Shown here: piece after piece, positions 1 through 14,200 of the stretch
Layout of the letters: each line of letters starts with the position of its first letter
Position numbering within the stretch: the stretch's first letter is position 1
From: Chrysomallon squamiferum
Taxonomy: Eukaryota; Animalia; Mollusca
DNA length: 64,000 nt
Reading direction: 5' to 3'
Assembly: GCA_012295275.1 (NCBI GenBank)
Contig: CM022673.1
Span: 19,406,001 to 19,470,000, forward strand
Notes under the pieces: generated by a model
Seen by the model: only the letters and a program-made list of their open reading frames with translations
What the model was told of the DNA's origin: nothing
Databases searched by the model: none
Made by a program: the position numbers and the translations under genes

Positions 1-162
1 AATTTAATTATATATTTTTTTTTTTTTTTTTTCGTATAACCTAATTTTTCATGGTGTTAACCCTTTATGTTTGCTCACTGAAAGGACATCGTTTGTGTCT
101 GTTCGATTCACCAAGTATGGATGTAGGAAAACTGTATAGTGGAATTTCATTTTATTTTCAAG

Positions 163-1085
163 TATGCGGCAAGGACATGAGCCCTGTTTCACCGAATGAC
201 TACAATGTGAAACCATCTAAGACAGCAACGTTTCCAGATAAGGACACGGAAGTAACCGTAACTTTAGAGACCACCACTGACGAAACAGTCTGGTACAAAG
301 TCACCTTCGATGCTCCCGATATAATCACTGCTGTGGTTTTCACTGTTGGTGACAAAAACGTGAGTATTCAGTAAAATGTTATAAATCCTTGGTTTTAATG
401 TCCGAGTACCGTATGCATATCTTGCTACGTTTAATATATAATATCACTATTATTGAACGAGTGTCTTCTCAGTCTGTATTCATATTCGTCTGCAGTATTT
501 ATATTGTAACTGGAGTTAACTTAGTGACGAAACCTTTTCCCCTTCTCGTTAAAGGTCAATGGAAAACTGGAAAATGGGAAATTTGTGTTTGAAACTGACA
601 AAATGGATTGAAAGGAAAGACTCTTACAATAAAACTAACAAGCTCCGTGCCAGGACCTGCGTCTGTAACGCTCGACAATATGGAAGTGACGGCTTGCCAG
701 AAAGGTATGTTCTCCAACATGTATAAAAATGTTAGTTTTGTTTCAGGTGTTACAAAAGAGATTTCAGTATTCTTTTCAAAAATCAAGAATTAACGTGTGC
801 TTTTGGTGAAAGGTGGTGTTCACAATTAAGAAAAGAGAAAGTGAACTAACGTTTTGCTGTACACTACTCCATTCAAGATGTATCTGTACCAGTAAGAACG
901 GAATTAGCAGATACCTTTAGAATAGTCAAACCAGCTGCACTGAAAACTATTTTGTTGAAGATACAACATGCGTAAATGCGTGAACTTTCTTCTGGTGAAT
1001 CTGTTTGTCTATTTCCTTGGTATTTGTATATCTATAATTTGCGTAATCACCTGCAGTTAAATGATCAGCATTTATAATGCGAAAA

Positions 1086-1127
<42 letters not shown>

Positions 1128-1660
1128 CCAGAGAAAAATGCGTAACAATAAAAGAATCTTGTTATATTAGTAGACACGCCTATGTAAAACAAAAGTAAAC
1201 ATAACATACAAAAGCAATTGGTAATAAATCAGAAGATTTGTTAACAGCTTACCAACCATTCTAAGATTTTTCTATGAAATGGAAGAAATCTTATGCTTGC
1301 GTACACGGCGTTCAGAGTAACATTGGTCGGTGAAGTTAACGTAAGGTAATGTACTTTGAGCACGATTCCGATGACGCAAGCCTTGCAGAAAAAGTGTAGC
1401 AAAAACAAACACTGAAAGAGAGGAAACACGAACGAAACGAAAGGGGAAACAAACGAATGAATTAATATATCATGTATGAGACCTACTTTAATCAAGTATT
1501 TAATTTCTTGTTTCAGTGTCTTCAACGACAACACCCACTGTAGGAACAACTGTCAGTGCCACTCCTAGCGTCAGTGGAACAACACCTAGTGTCACAGGAC
1601 CAACACCAACACCTAGTGTCAGTGGAACAACACCTAGTGTCAGTGCGACAACTCCTATCG
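163..1660 (+). CDS. Unit 1 exons A 163-359, B 555-704 (1 nt short, frameshift), C 1517-1660 (PTS)
   Basis: TTTTCAAG/…AAC/GTGAGT; CTCGTTAAAG/…AAAG/GTATGT; TTTCAG/…ATCG/GTATGA; divergent subtype relative to units 2-6. Confidence 0.75.
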
Positions 1661-2870
1661 GTATGACTGGCTTCATGATTTAAGCAATTTTATGAAACCT
1701 TCGATCATTTTTCAGTTATAACAATGATAGACTTTAATGCTGTCTTTCTAAGTAAACGCTCTTTATGGATTTGCTGTTCTGAGTGGAAATTTAAATTATA
1801 CATTTTTTTTTTTTTCGTATAACCTAATTTTTCATGGTGTTAACCCTTTATGTTTGCTCACTGAAAGGACATCGTTTGTGTTCTGTTCGATTCACCAAGT
1901 ATGGATGTAGGAAAACTGTATAGTGGAATTTCATTTTATTTTCAAGGATGCGGCAAGGACATGAGCCCTGTTTCACCGAATGACTACAATGTGAAACCAT
2001 CTAAGACAGCAACGTTTCCAGATAAGGTCACGGAAGTAACCGTAACTTTGGAGACCACCACTGACGAAACAGTCTGGTACAAAGTCACCTTCGATGCTCC
2101 CGATAAAATCACTGCTGTGGATTTCACTGTTGGTGACAAAAACGTGAGTATTCAGTAAAATGTTATAAATCCTTGGTTTTAATGTCCGAGTACCGTATGC
2201 ATATCTTGCTACGTTTAATATATAATATCACTATTATTGAACGAGTGTCTTCTCAGTCTGTATTCATATTCGTCTGCAGTACTTATATTGTAACTGGAGT
2301 TAACTTAGTGACGAAACCTTTTCCCCTTCTCGTTAAAGGTCAATGGAAAACTGCAAAATAGGAAATTTGTGTTTGAAACTGACGAAAATGGATTGAAAGG
2401 AAAGACTCTTACAATAAAACTAACACGCTCCGTGCCAGGACCTGCGTCTGTAACGCTCGACAATATCGAAGTGATGGCTTGCCAGAAAGGTATGTTCTCC
2501 AACATGTATAAAAATGTTAGTTTTGTTTCAGGTGTTACAAAAGAGATTTCAGTAGTCTTTTCAAAAATCAAGAATTAACGTGTGCTTTTGGTGAAAGGTG
2601 GTGTTCACAATTAAGAAAAGAGAAAGTGAACTAACGTTTTGCTGTACACTACTCCATTCAAGATTTATCTGTACCAGTAAGAACGGAATTAGCAGATACC
2701 TTTAGAATAGTCAAACCTGCTGCACTGAAAACTATTTTGTTGAAGATACAACATGCGTAAATGCGTGAACTTTCTTCTGGTGAATCTGTTTGTCTATTTC
2801 CTTGGTATTTGTATATCTATAATTTGCGTAATCACCTGCAGTTAAATGATCAGCATTTATAATGCGAAAA

Positions 2871-2909
<39 letters not shown>

Positions 2910-4645
2910 CCAGAGAAAAATGCGTAACAGTAAAAGAATCTTGTTATATTAGTAGACACGCCTATGTAAAACAAAAGTAAACATAACATACAAAAGCAAT
3001 TGGTAATAAATCAGAAGATTTGTTAACAGCTTACCAACCATTCTAAGATTTTTCTATGAAATGGAAGAAATCTTATGCTTGCGTACACGGCGTTCAGAGT
3101 AACATTGGTCGGTGAAGTTAACGTAAGGTAATGTACTTTGAGCACGATTCCGATGACGCAAGCCTTGCAGAAAAAGTGTAGCAAAAACAAACACTGAAAG
3201 AGAGGAAACACGAACGAAACGAAAGGGGAAACAAACGAATGAATTAATATATCATGTATGAGACCTACTTTAATCAAGTATTTAATTTCTTGTTTCAGTG
3301 TCTTCAACGACAACACCCACTGTAGGAACAACTGTCAGTGCCACTCCTAGCGTCAGTGGAACAACACCTAGTGTCACAGGACCAACACCTAGTGTCAGTG
3401 GAACAACACCTAGTGTCAGTGCGACAACTCCTATCGGTATGACTGGCTTCATGATTTAAGCAATTTTATGAAACCTTCGATCATTTTTCAGTTATAACAA
3501 TGACAGACTTTAATGCTGTCTTTCTAAGTAAACGCTCTTTATGGATTTGCTGTTCTGAGTGGAAATTTAAATTATACATTGTTTTTGTTTTCGTATAACC
3601 TAATTTTTCATGGTGTTAACCCTTTATGTTTGCTCACTGAAAGGACATCGTTTGTGTCTGTTCGATTCACCAAGTATGGATGTAGGAAAACTGTATAGTG
3701 GAATTTCATTTTATTTTCAAGGATGCGGCAAGGACATGAGCCCTGTTTCACCGAATGACTACAATGTGAAACCATCTAAGACAGCAACGTTTCCAGATAA
3801 GGTCACGGAAGTAACCGTAACTTTGGAGACCACCACTGACGAAACAGTCTGGTACAAAGTCACCTTCGATGCTCCCGATAAAATCACTGCTGTGGATTTC
3901 ACTGTTGGTGACAAAAACGTGAGTATTCAGTAAAATGTTATAAATCCTTGGTTTTAATGTCCGAGTACCGTATGCATATCTTGCTACGTTTAATATATAA
4001 TATCACTATTATTGAACGAGTGTCTTCTCAGTCTGTATTCATATTCGTCTGCAGTACTTATATTGTAACTGGAGTTAACTTAGTGACGAAACCTTTTCCC
4101 CTTCTCGTTAAAGGTCAATGGAAAACTGCAAAATAGGAAATTTGTGTTTGAAACTGACGAAAATGGATTGAAAGGAAAGACTCTTACAATAAAACTAACA
4201 CGCTCCGTGCCAGGACCTGCGTCTGTAACGCTCGACAATATCGAAGTGATGGCTTGCCAGAAAGGTATGTTCTCCAACATGTATAAAAATGTTAGTTTTG
4301 TTTCAGGTGTTACAAAAGAGATTTCAGTAGTCTTTTCAAAAATCAAGAATTAACGTGTGCTTTTGGTGAAAGGTGGTGTTCACAATTAAGAAAAGAGAAA
4401 GTGAACTAACGTTTTGCTGTACACTACTCCATTCAAGATTTATCTGTACCAGTAAGAACGGAATTAGCAGATACCTTTAGAATAGTCAAACCTGCTGCAC
4501 TGAAAACTATTTTGTTGAAGATACAACATGCGTAAATGCGTGAACTTTCTTCTGGTGAATCTGTTTGTCTATTTCCTTGGTATTTGTATATCTATAATTT
4601 GCGTAATCACCTGCAGTTAAATGATCAGCATTTATAATGCGAAAA

Positions 4646-4684
<39 letters not shown>

Positions 4685-6420
4685 CCAGAGAAAAATGCGT
4701 AACAGTAAAAGAATCTTGTTATATTAGTAGACACGCCTATGTAAAACAAAAGTAAACATAACATACAAAAGCAATTGGTAATAAATCAGAAGATTTGTTA
4801 ACAGCTTACCAACCATTCTAAGATTTTTCTATGAAATGGAAGAAATCTTATGCTTGCGTACACGGCGTTCAGAGTAACATTGGTCGGTGAAGTTAACGTA
4901 AGGTAATGTACTTTGAGCACGATTCCGATGACGCAAGCCTTGCAGAAAAAGTGTAGCAAAAACAAACACTGAAAGAGAGGAAACACGAACGAAACGAAAG
5001 GGGAAACAAACGAATGAATTAATATATCATGTATGAGACCTACTTTAATCAAGTATTTAATTTCTTGTTTCAGTGTCTTCAACGACAACACCCACTGTAG
5101 GAACAACTGTCAGTGCCACTCCTAGCGTCAGTGGAACAACACCTAGTGTCACAGGACCAACACCTAGTGTCAGTGGAACAACACCTAGTGTCAGTGCGAC
5201 AACTCCTATCGGTATGACTGGCTTCATGATTTAAGCAATTTTATGAAACCTTCGATCATTTTTCAGTTATAACAATGACAGACTTTAATGCTGTCTTTCT
5301 AAGTAAACGCTCTTTATGGATTTGCTGTTCTGAGTGGAAATTTAAATTATACATTGTTTTTGTTTTCGTATAACCTAATTTTTCATGGTGTTAACCCTTT
5401 ATGTTTGCTCACTGAAAGGACATCGTTTGTGTCTGTTCGATTCACCAAGTATGGATGTAGGAAAACTGTATAGTGGAATTTCATTTTATTTTCAAGGATG
5501 CGGCAAGGACATGAGCCCTGTTTCACCGAATGACTACAATGTGAAACCATCTAAGACAGCAACGTTTCCAGATAAGGTCACGGAAGTAACCGTAACTTTG
5601 GAGACCACCACTGACGAAACAGTCTGGTACAAAGTCACCTTCGATGCTCCCGATAAAATCACTGCTGTGGATTTCACTGTTGGTGACAAAAACGTGAGTA
5701 TTCAGTAAAATGTTATAAATCCTTGGTTTTAATGTCCGAGTACCGTATGCATATCTTGCTACGTTTAATATATAATATCACTATTATTGAACGAGTGTCT
5801 TCTCAGTCTGTATTCATATTCGTCTGCAGTACTTATATTGTAACTGGAGTTAACTTAGTGACGAAACCTTTTCCCCTTCTCGTTAAAGGTCAATGGAAAA
5901 CTGCAAAATAGGAAATTTGTGTTTGAAACTGACGAAAATGGATTGAAAGGAAAGACTCTTACAATAAAACTAACACGCTCCGTGCCAGGACCTGCGTCTG
6001 TAACGCTCGACAATATCGAAGTGATGGCTTGCCAGAAAGGTATGTTCTCCAACATGTATAAAAATGTTAGTTTTGTTTCAGGTGTTACAAAAGAGATTTC
6101 AGTAGTCTTTTCAAAAATCAAGAATTAACGTGTGCTTTTGGTGAAAGGTGGTGTTCACAATTAAGAAAAGAGAAAGTGAACTAACGTTTTGCTGTACACT
6201 ACTCCATTCAAGATTTATCTGTACCAGTAAGAACGGAATTAGCAGATACCTTTAGAATAGTCAAACCTGCTGCACTGAAAACTATTTTGTTGAAGATACA
6301 ACATGCGTAAATGCGTGAACTTTCTTCTGGTGAATCTGTTTGTCTATTTCCTTGGTATTTGTATATCTATAATTTGCGTAATCACCTGCAGTTAAATGAT
6401 CAGCATTTATAATGCGAAAA

Positions 6421-6462
<42 letters not shown>

Positions 6463-8199
6463 CCAGAGAAAAATGCGTAACAGTAAAAGAATCTTGTTAT
6501 ATTAGTAGACACGCCTATGTAAAACAAAAGTAAACATAACATACAAAAGCAATTGGTAATAAATCAGAAGATTTGTTAACAGCTTACCAACCATTCTAAG
6601 ATTTTTCTATGAAATGGAAGAAATCTTATGCTTGCGTACACGGCGTTCAGAGTAACATTGGTCGGTGAAGTTAACGTAAGGTAATGTACTTTGAGCACGA
6701 TTCCGATGACGCAAGCCTTGCAGAAAAAAAGTGTAGCAAAACAAACACTGAAAGAGAGGAAACACGAACGAAACGAAAGGGGAAACAAACGAATGAATTA
6801 ATATATCATGTATGAGACCTACTTTAATCAAGTATTTAATTTCTTGTTTCAGTGTCTTCAACGACAACACCCACTGTAGGAACAACTGTCAGTGCCACTC
6901 CTAGCGTCAGTGGAACAACACCTAGTGTCACAGGACCAACACCTAGTGTCAGTGGAACAACACCTAGTGTCAGTGCGACAACTCCTATCGGTATGACTGG
7001 CTTCATGATTTAAGCAATTTTATGAAACCTTCGATCATTTTTCAGTTATAACAATGACAGACTTTAATGCTGTCTTTCTAAGTAAACGCTCTTTATGGAT
7101 TTGCTGTTCTGAGTGGAAATTTAAATTATACATTGTTTTTGTTTTCGTATAACCTAATTTTTCATGGTGTTAACCCTTTATGTTTGCTCACTGAAAGGAC
7201 ATCGTTTGTGTCTGTTCGATTCACCAAGTATGGATGTAGGAAAACTGTATAGTGGAATTTCATTTTATTTTCAAGGATGCGGCAAGGACATGAGCCCTGT
7301 TTCACCGAATGACTACAATGTGAAACCATCTAAGACAGCAACGTTTCCAGATAAGGTCACGGAAGTAACCGTAACTTTGGAGACCACCACTGACGAAACA
7401 GTCTGGTACAAAGTCACCTTCGATGCTCCCGATAAAATCACTGCTGTGGATTTCACTGTTGGTGACAAAAACGTGAGTATTCAGTAAAATGTTATAAATC
7501 CTTGGTTTTAATGTCCGAGTACCGTATGCATATCTTGCTACGTTTAATATATAATATCACTATTATTGAACGAGTGTCTTCTCAGTCTGTATTCATATTC
7601 GTCTGCAGTACTTATATTGTAACTGGAGTTAACTTAGTGACGAAACCTTTTCCCCTTCTCGTTAAAGGTCAATGGAAAACTGCAAAATAGGAAATTTGTG
7701 TTTGAAACTGACGAAAATGGATTGAAAGGAAAGACTCTTACAATAAAACTAACACGCTCCGTGCCAGGACCTGCGTCTGTAACGCTCGACAATATCGAAG
7801 TGATGGCTTGCCAGAAAGGTATGTTCTCCAACATGTATAAAAATGTTAGTTTTGTTTCAGGTGTTACAAAAGAGATTTCAGTAGTCTTTTCAAAAATCAA
7901 GAATTAACGTGTGCTTTTGGTGAAAGGTGGTGTTCACAATTAAGAAAAGAGAAAGTGAACTAACGTTTTGCTGTACACTACTCCATTCAAGATTTATCTG
8001 TACCAGTAAGAACGGAATTAGCAGATACCTTTAGAATAGTCAAACCTGCTGCACTGAAAACTATTTTGTTGAAGATACAACATGCGTAAATGCGTGAACT
8101 TTCTTCTGGTGAATCTGTTTGTCTATTTCCTTGGTATTTGTATATCTATAATTTGCGTAATCACCTGCAGTTAAATGATCAGCATTTATAATGCGAAAA

Positions 8200-8238
<39 letters not shown>

Positions 8239-11200
8239 CCAGAGAAAAATGCGTAACAGTAAAAGAATCTTGTTATATTAGTAGACACGCCTATGTAAAA
8301 CAAAAGTAAACATAACATACAAAAGCAATTGGTAATAAATCAGAAGATTTGTTAACAGCTTACCAACCATTCTAAGATTTTTCTATGAAATGGAAGAAAT
8401 CTTATGCTTGCGTACACGGCGTTCAGAGTAACATTGGTCGGTGAAGTTAACGTAAGGTAATGTACTTTGAGCACGATTCCGATGACGCAAGCCTTGCAGA
8501 AAAAGTGTAGCAAAAACAAACACTGAAAGAGAGGAAACACGAACGAAACGAAAGGGGAAACAAACGAATGAATTAATATATCATGTATGAGACCTACTTT
8601 AATCAAGTATTTATTTTTCTTGTTTCAGTGTCTTCAACGACAACACCCACTGTAGGAACAACTGTCAGTGCCACTCCTAGCGTCAGTGGAACAACACCTA
8701 GTGTCACAGGACCAACACCTAGTGTCAGTGGAACAACACCTAGTGTCAGTGCGACAACTCCTATCGGTATGACTGGCTTCATGATTTAAGCAATTTTATG
8801 AAACCTTCGATCATTTTTCAGTTATAACAATGACAGACTTTAATGCTGTCTTTCTAAGTAAACGCTCTTTATGGAGTTTGCTGTTCTGAGTGGAAATTTA
8901 AATTATACATTGTTTTTGTTTTCGTATAACCTAATTTTTCATGGTGTTAACCCTTTATGTTTGCTCACTGAAAGGACATCGTTTGTGTCTGTTCGATTCA
9001 CCAAGTATGGATGTAGGAAAACTGTATAGTGGAATTTCATTTTATTTTCAAGGATGCGGCAAGGACATGAGCCCTGTTTTCACCGAATGACTACAATGTG
9101 AAACCATCTAAGACAGCAACGTTTCCAGATAAGGTCACGGAAGTAACCGTAACTTTGGAGACCACCACTGACGAAACAGTCTGGTACAAAGTCACCTTCG
9201 ATGCTCCCGATAAAATCACTGCTGTGGATTTCACTGTTGGTGACAAAAACGTGAGTATTCAGTAAAATGTTATAAATCCTTGGTTTTAATGTCCGAGTAC
9301 CGTATGCATATCTTGCTACGTTTAATATATAATATCACTATTATTGAACGAGTGTCTTCTCAGTCTGTATTCATATTCGTCTGCAGTACTTATATTGTAA
9401 CTGGAGTTAACTTAGTGACGAAACCTTTTCCCCTTCTCGTTAAAGGTCAATGGAAAACTGCAAAATAGGAAATTTGTGTTTGAAACTGACGAAAATGGAT
9501 TGAAAGGAAAGACTCTTACAATAAAACTAACACGCTCCGTGCCAGGACCTGCGTCTGTAACGCTCGACAATATCGAAGTGATGGCTTGCCAGAAAGGTAT
9601 GTTCTCCAACATGTATAAAAATGTTAGTTTTGTTTCAGGTGTTACAAAAGAGATTTCAGTAGTCTTTTCAAAAATCAAGAATTAACGTGTGCTTTTGGTG
9701 AAAGGTGGTGTTCACAATTAAGAAAAGAGAAAGTGAACTAACGTTTTGCTGTACACTACTCCATTCAAGATTTATCTGTACCAGTAAGAACGGAATTAGC
9801 AGATACCTTTAGAATAGTCAAACCTGCTGCACTGAAAACTATTTTGTTGAAGATACAACATGCGTAAATGCGTGAACTTTCTTCTGGTGAATCTGTTTGT
9901 CTATTTCCTTGGTATTTGTATATCTATAATTTGCGTAATCACCTGCAGTTAAATGATCAGCATTTATAATGCGAAAATTGTTATTATTATTATTATTATT
10001 ATTATCGTTATTATTATATCAAGAGATAAATGCGTAAGAATAAAAGAATCTTGTTATATTAGAAGACACGCCTATGTAAAATAAAAATTATACATAACAT
10101 TCAAAAGCAATTGGTAATATATCAGAAGATCTCTGAACAGCTTACCAACCAATCTAAGATTTTTCTATGAAATGGAACAAATCTTATGCTTGCGTACACG
10201 GCGTTCAGAGTAACATTGGTCGGTGAAGTTAACGTAAGGTAATGTACTTTGAGCACGATTCCGATGACGCAAGCCTTGCAGAAAAAGTGTAGCAAAAACA
10301 AACACTGAAAGAGAGGAAACACGAACGAAACGAAAGGGGAAACAAACGAATGAATTAATGTATCATGTATGAGACCTACTTTAATCAAGTCTTTTTTTTC
10401 TAGTTTTAGTGTCTCCAACGACAACACCCAGTGTAGGAACAACTGTCAGTGCCACTCCTAGCGTCAGTGGAACAACACCTAGTGTCACAGGACCAACACC
10501 TAGTGTCAGTGGAGCAACTCCTAGTGTCAGTGTTACTCGTAGTGTCAGCGCCACTACTGTTGTGAGCGTCACTCCTGTCAGTGCGACACCGCATACAGGT
10601 ATGAAGTAATTCTGATTTTACCAGTTTTTGCGCAATATCTATTTCTTGTTCCCTTATTGTTTTGCCGTTCATACCTATTACAAGTCCACACCGATTGTTG
10701 TTATATCTTAAACTATACCTAGAAAAAATATTCTCAGTTCAGTCATAGAAAAACGATACTAATATAAATATAGAAAACGATACTTAACTATTTTGATGTA
10801 GTTACTAGTTCGAAACATACAATTATTACAATCCAACAGGCAGATGACCAACTGCAGCTACCACCGGCCCAAATGTCACCTACTTCAGAACTACTTAACA
10901 CAACCACCGTTCGATTTCTCACTAACATGCCATGTACGGTTATTTAAGTTATGATGTGAAATTGTTCTATCACCCACTTTATGGATCATGTCTAACCCAT
11001 GTACTTTAATTATCTAAATTCATGACATTGATAGCGACCAATAATTGCCAGAATTTTCTGTTCTTCTCGTCTTTATAAACCTATACTCACTTCTTTCCGC
11101 TTAGAAAGCCGAATTTAAGTCAATTTCGACTTAATTTCCAATTGAATTCAGATACGAAGCTTCATGACATTTTTTACGTTCATACAATTGTCGAATGGAA

Positions 11201-14200
11201 AATTAAGAAAATAATCTAGAGGACTATCTTTTTTAATGTAATTATTAGTTCCTCACCTACCCTTGTTGATAACCCTTTCAAATTAACACGAACTTACCAA
11301 TTTTGATATATTGGGAACAATATTCTCTAGAAAATAATGATAAATTATATTAAGTCATGTAGATTCATCACACATTCCTACGATCATCCTGTTATCCAAA
11401 ATAATCTACACGACTATTTTTCTTTATTGATGTAATTATTAGTTCTTCAGCTACCATTATACAATCCAACAGGCACACCACCAACTGCAGCTACCACTGG
11501 CCCAAGTGTAACACCTACTTCAGCAGTACTTAGCACCACGACCGTTCCATTTGTCACTAGCGTGTCAGGTACGGCTACTTAAGCTATGATGTGAAATTGT
11601 TCTATCACCCACTTTCTGGATCATGTCTCTCCCATATACTTTAATCATTTAAAGTCACGATATTGCTAGCCTCCCATGTTCGACTGAATTTTACTCTCTT
11701 TTTGAAAATAATACATGTTCTTTATATCTTCGAAAACCTATACTCTCCTGTCTCCGATTACAAAGCCGAATTTTACGCAGTTTCGATTTCATTTCCACCG
11801 TTTTCTTTTTAGTTCCAACGTCATCTCTAGTAAGTACAGTAGTACCTACTTCAACAGTTCCATCCATTAGCGTTAGCGGCACTGTAGTTTCAGGTAAATA
11901 ATCTAGACAACACTTAATTATTTAATGCAAATTTCTCTTCCGTGCATACTCATCAGCACTGTTCTCTTCATACGATTTCGTTTTTCACATTTTTACGGCG
12001 ATATTTTCCTCATCACCCTCGAAAAAAAATGTAACATAAATTATTGATGCTTGTCGATTACCCTTTCAAATTATCACGAACTTACCGATTTTGATATATT
12101 GGGAACAACATTCTCTAGAAAATAATGATAAATTATATTAAGACATGTAGCTTCATGACACTTTCCTACGGTCATCCTGTTATCCAAAATAATCTACACG
12201 ACTATTTTTCTTTATTGATGTAATTATTAGTTCTTCACCTACCATTATACAATCCAACAGGCACACCACCAACTGCAGCTACCACTGGCCCAAGTGTAAC
12301 ACCTACTTCAGCAGTACTTAGCACCACGACCGTTCCATTTGTCACTAGCGTGTCAGGTACGGCTACTTAAGCTATGATGTGAAATTGTTCTATCACCCAC
12401 TTTCTGGATCATGTCTCTCCCATATACTTTAATCATTTAAAGTCACGATATTGCTAGCCTCCCATGTTCGACTGAATTTTACTCTCTTTTTGAAAATAAT
12501 ACATGTTCTTTATATCTTCGAAAACCTATACTCTCCTGTTTCCGATTAGAAAGCCGAATTTTACGCAGTTTCGATTTCATTTCCACCGTTTTCTTTTTAG
12601 TTCCAGCGACATCTGTAGTAAGTACAGTAGTACCTACTTCAACAGTTCCATCCATTAGCGTTAGCGGCACTGTAGTTTCAGGTAAATAATCTAGACAACA
12701 CTTAATTATTTAATGCAAATTTCTCTTCCGTGCATACTCATCAGCACTGTTCTCTTCATACGATTTCGTTTTTCACATTTTTACGGCGATATTTTCCTCA
12801 TCACCCTCGAAAAAAAATGTAACATAAATTATTGATGCTTGTCGATTACCCTTTCAAATTATCACGAACTTACCGATTTTGATATATTGGGAACAACATT
12901 CTCTAGAAAATAATGATAAATTATATTAAGACATGTAGCTTCATGACACTTTCCTACGGTCATCCTGTTATCCAAAATAATCTACACGACTATTTTTCTT
13001 TATTGATGTAATTATTAGTTCTTCACCTACCATTATACAATCCAACAGGCACACCACCAACTGCAGCTACCACTGGCCCAAGTGTAACACCTACTTCAGC
13101 AGTACTTAGCACCACGACCGTTCCATTTGTCACTAGCGTGTCAGGTACGGCTACTTAAGCTATGATGTGAAATTGTTCTATCACCCACTTTCTGGATCAT
13201 GTCTCTCCCATATACTTTAATCATTTAAAGTCACGATATTGCTAGCCTCCCATGTTCGACTGAATTTTACTCTCTTTTTGAAAATAATACATGTTCTTTA
13301 TATCTTCGAAAACCTATACTCTCCTGTTTCCGATTAGAAAGCCGAATTTTACGCAGTTTCGATTTCATTTCCACCGTTTTCTTTTTAGTTCCAACGTCAT
13401 CTGTAGTAAGTACAGTAGTACCTACTTCAACAGTTCCATCCATTAGCGTTAGCGGCACTGTAGTTTCAGGTAAATAATCTAGACAACACTTAATTATTTA
13501 ATGCAAATTTCTCTTCCGTGCATACTCATCAGCACTGTTCTCTTCATACGATTTCGTTTTTCACATTTTTACGGCGATATTTTCCTCATCACCCTCGAAA
13601 AAAAATGTAACATAAATTATTGATGCTTGTCGATTACCCTTTCAAATTATCACGAACTTACCGATTTTGATATATTGGGAACAACATTCTCTAGAAAATA
13701 ATGATAAATTATATTAAGACATGTAGCTTCATGACACTTTCCTACGGTCATCCTGTTATCCAAAATAATCTACACGACTATTTTTCTTTATTGATGTAAT
13801 TATTAGTTCTTCACCTACCATTATACAATCCAACAGGCACACCACCAACTGCAGCTACCACTGGCCCAAGTGTAACACCTACTTCAGCAGTACTTAGCAC
13901 CACGACCGTTCCATTTGTCACTAGCGTGTCAGGTACGGCTACTTAAGCTATGATGTGAAATTGTTCTATCACCCACTTTCTGGATCATGTCTCTCCCATA
14001 TACTTTAATCATTTAAAGTCACGATATTGCTAGCCTCCCATGTTCGACTGAATTTTACTCTCTTTTTGAAAATAATACATGTTCTTTATATCTTCGAAAA
14101 CCTATACTCTCCTGTTTCCGATTAGAAAGCCGAATTTTACGCAGTTTCGATTTCATTTCCACCGTTTTCTTTTTAGTTCCAGCGACATCTGTAGTAAGTA

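Larger units (their letters stand above)
1..10600 (+). repeat. Tandem array of ~1775-1784 bp exon-intron units, 6 copies visible (probably continues left of the window)
   Basis: Exon A starts at 163, 1947, 3722, 5497, 7276, 9053; units 2-5 near identical including introns and an internal (TTA)n tract. Confidence 0.97.

Noticed and set aside
947-10442. Minus-strand ORFs with poly-Asn or hydrophobic runs in the 1.78-kb units
   Set aside because: Arise from intronic (TTA)n and AT-rich sequence; disrupted in some copies
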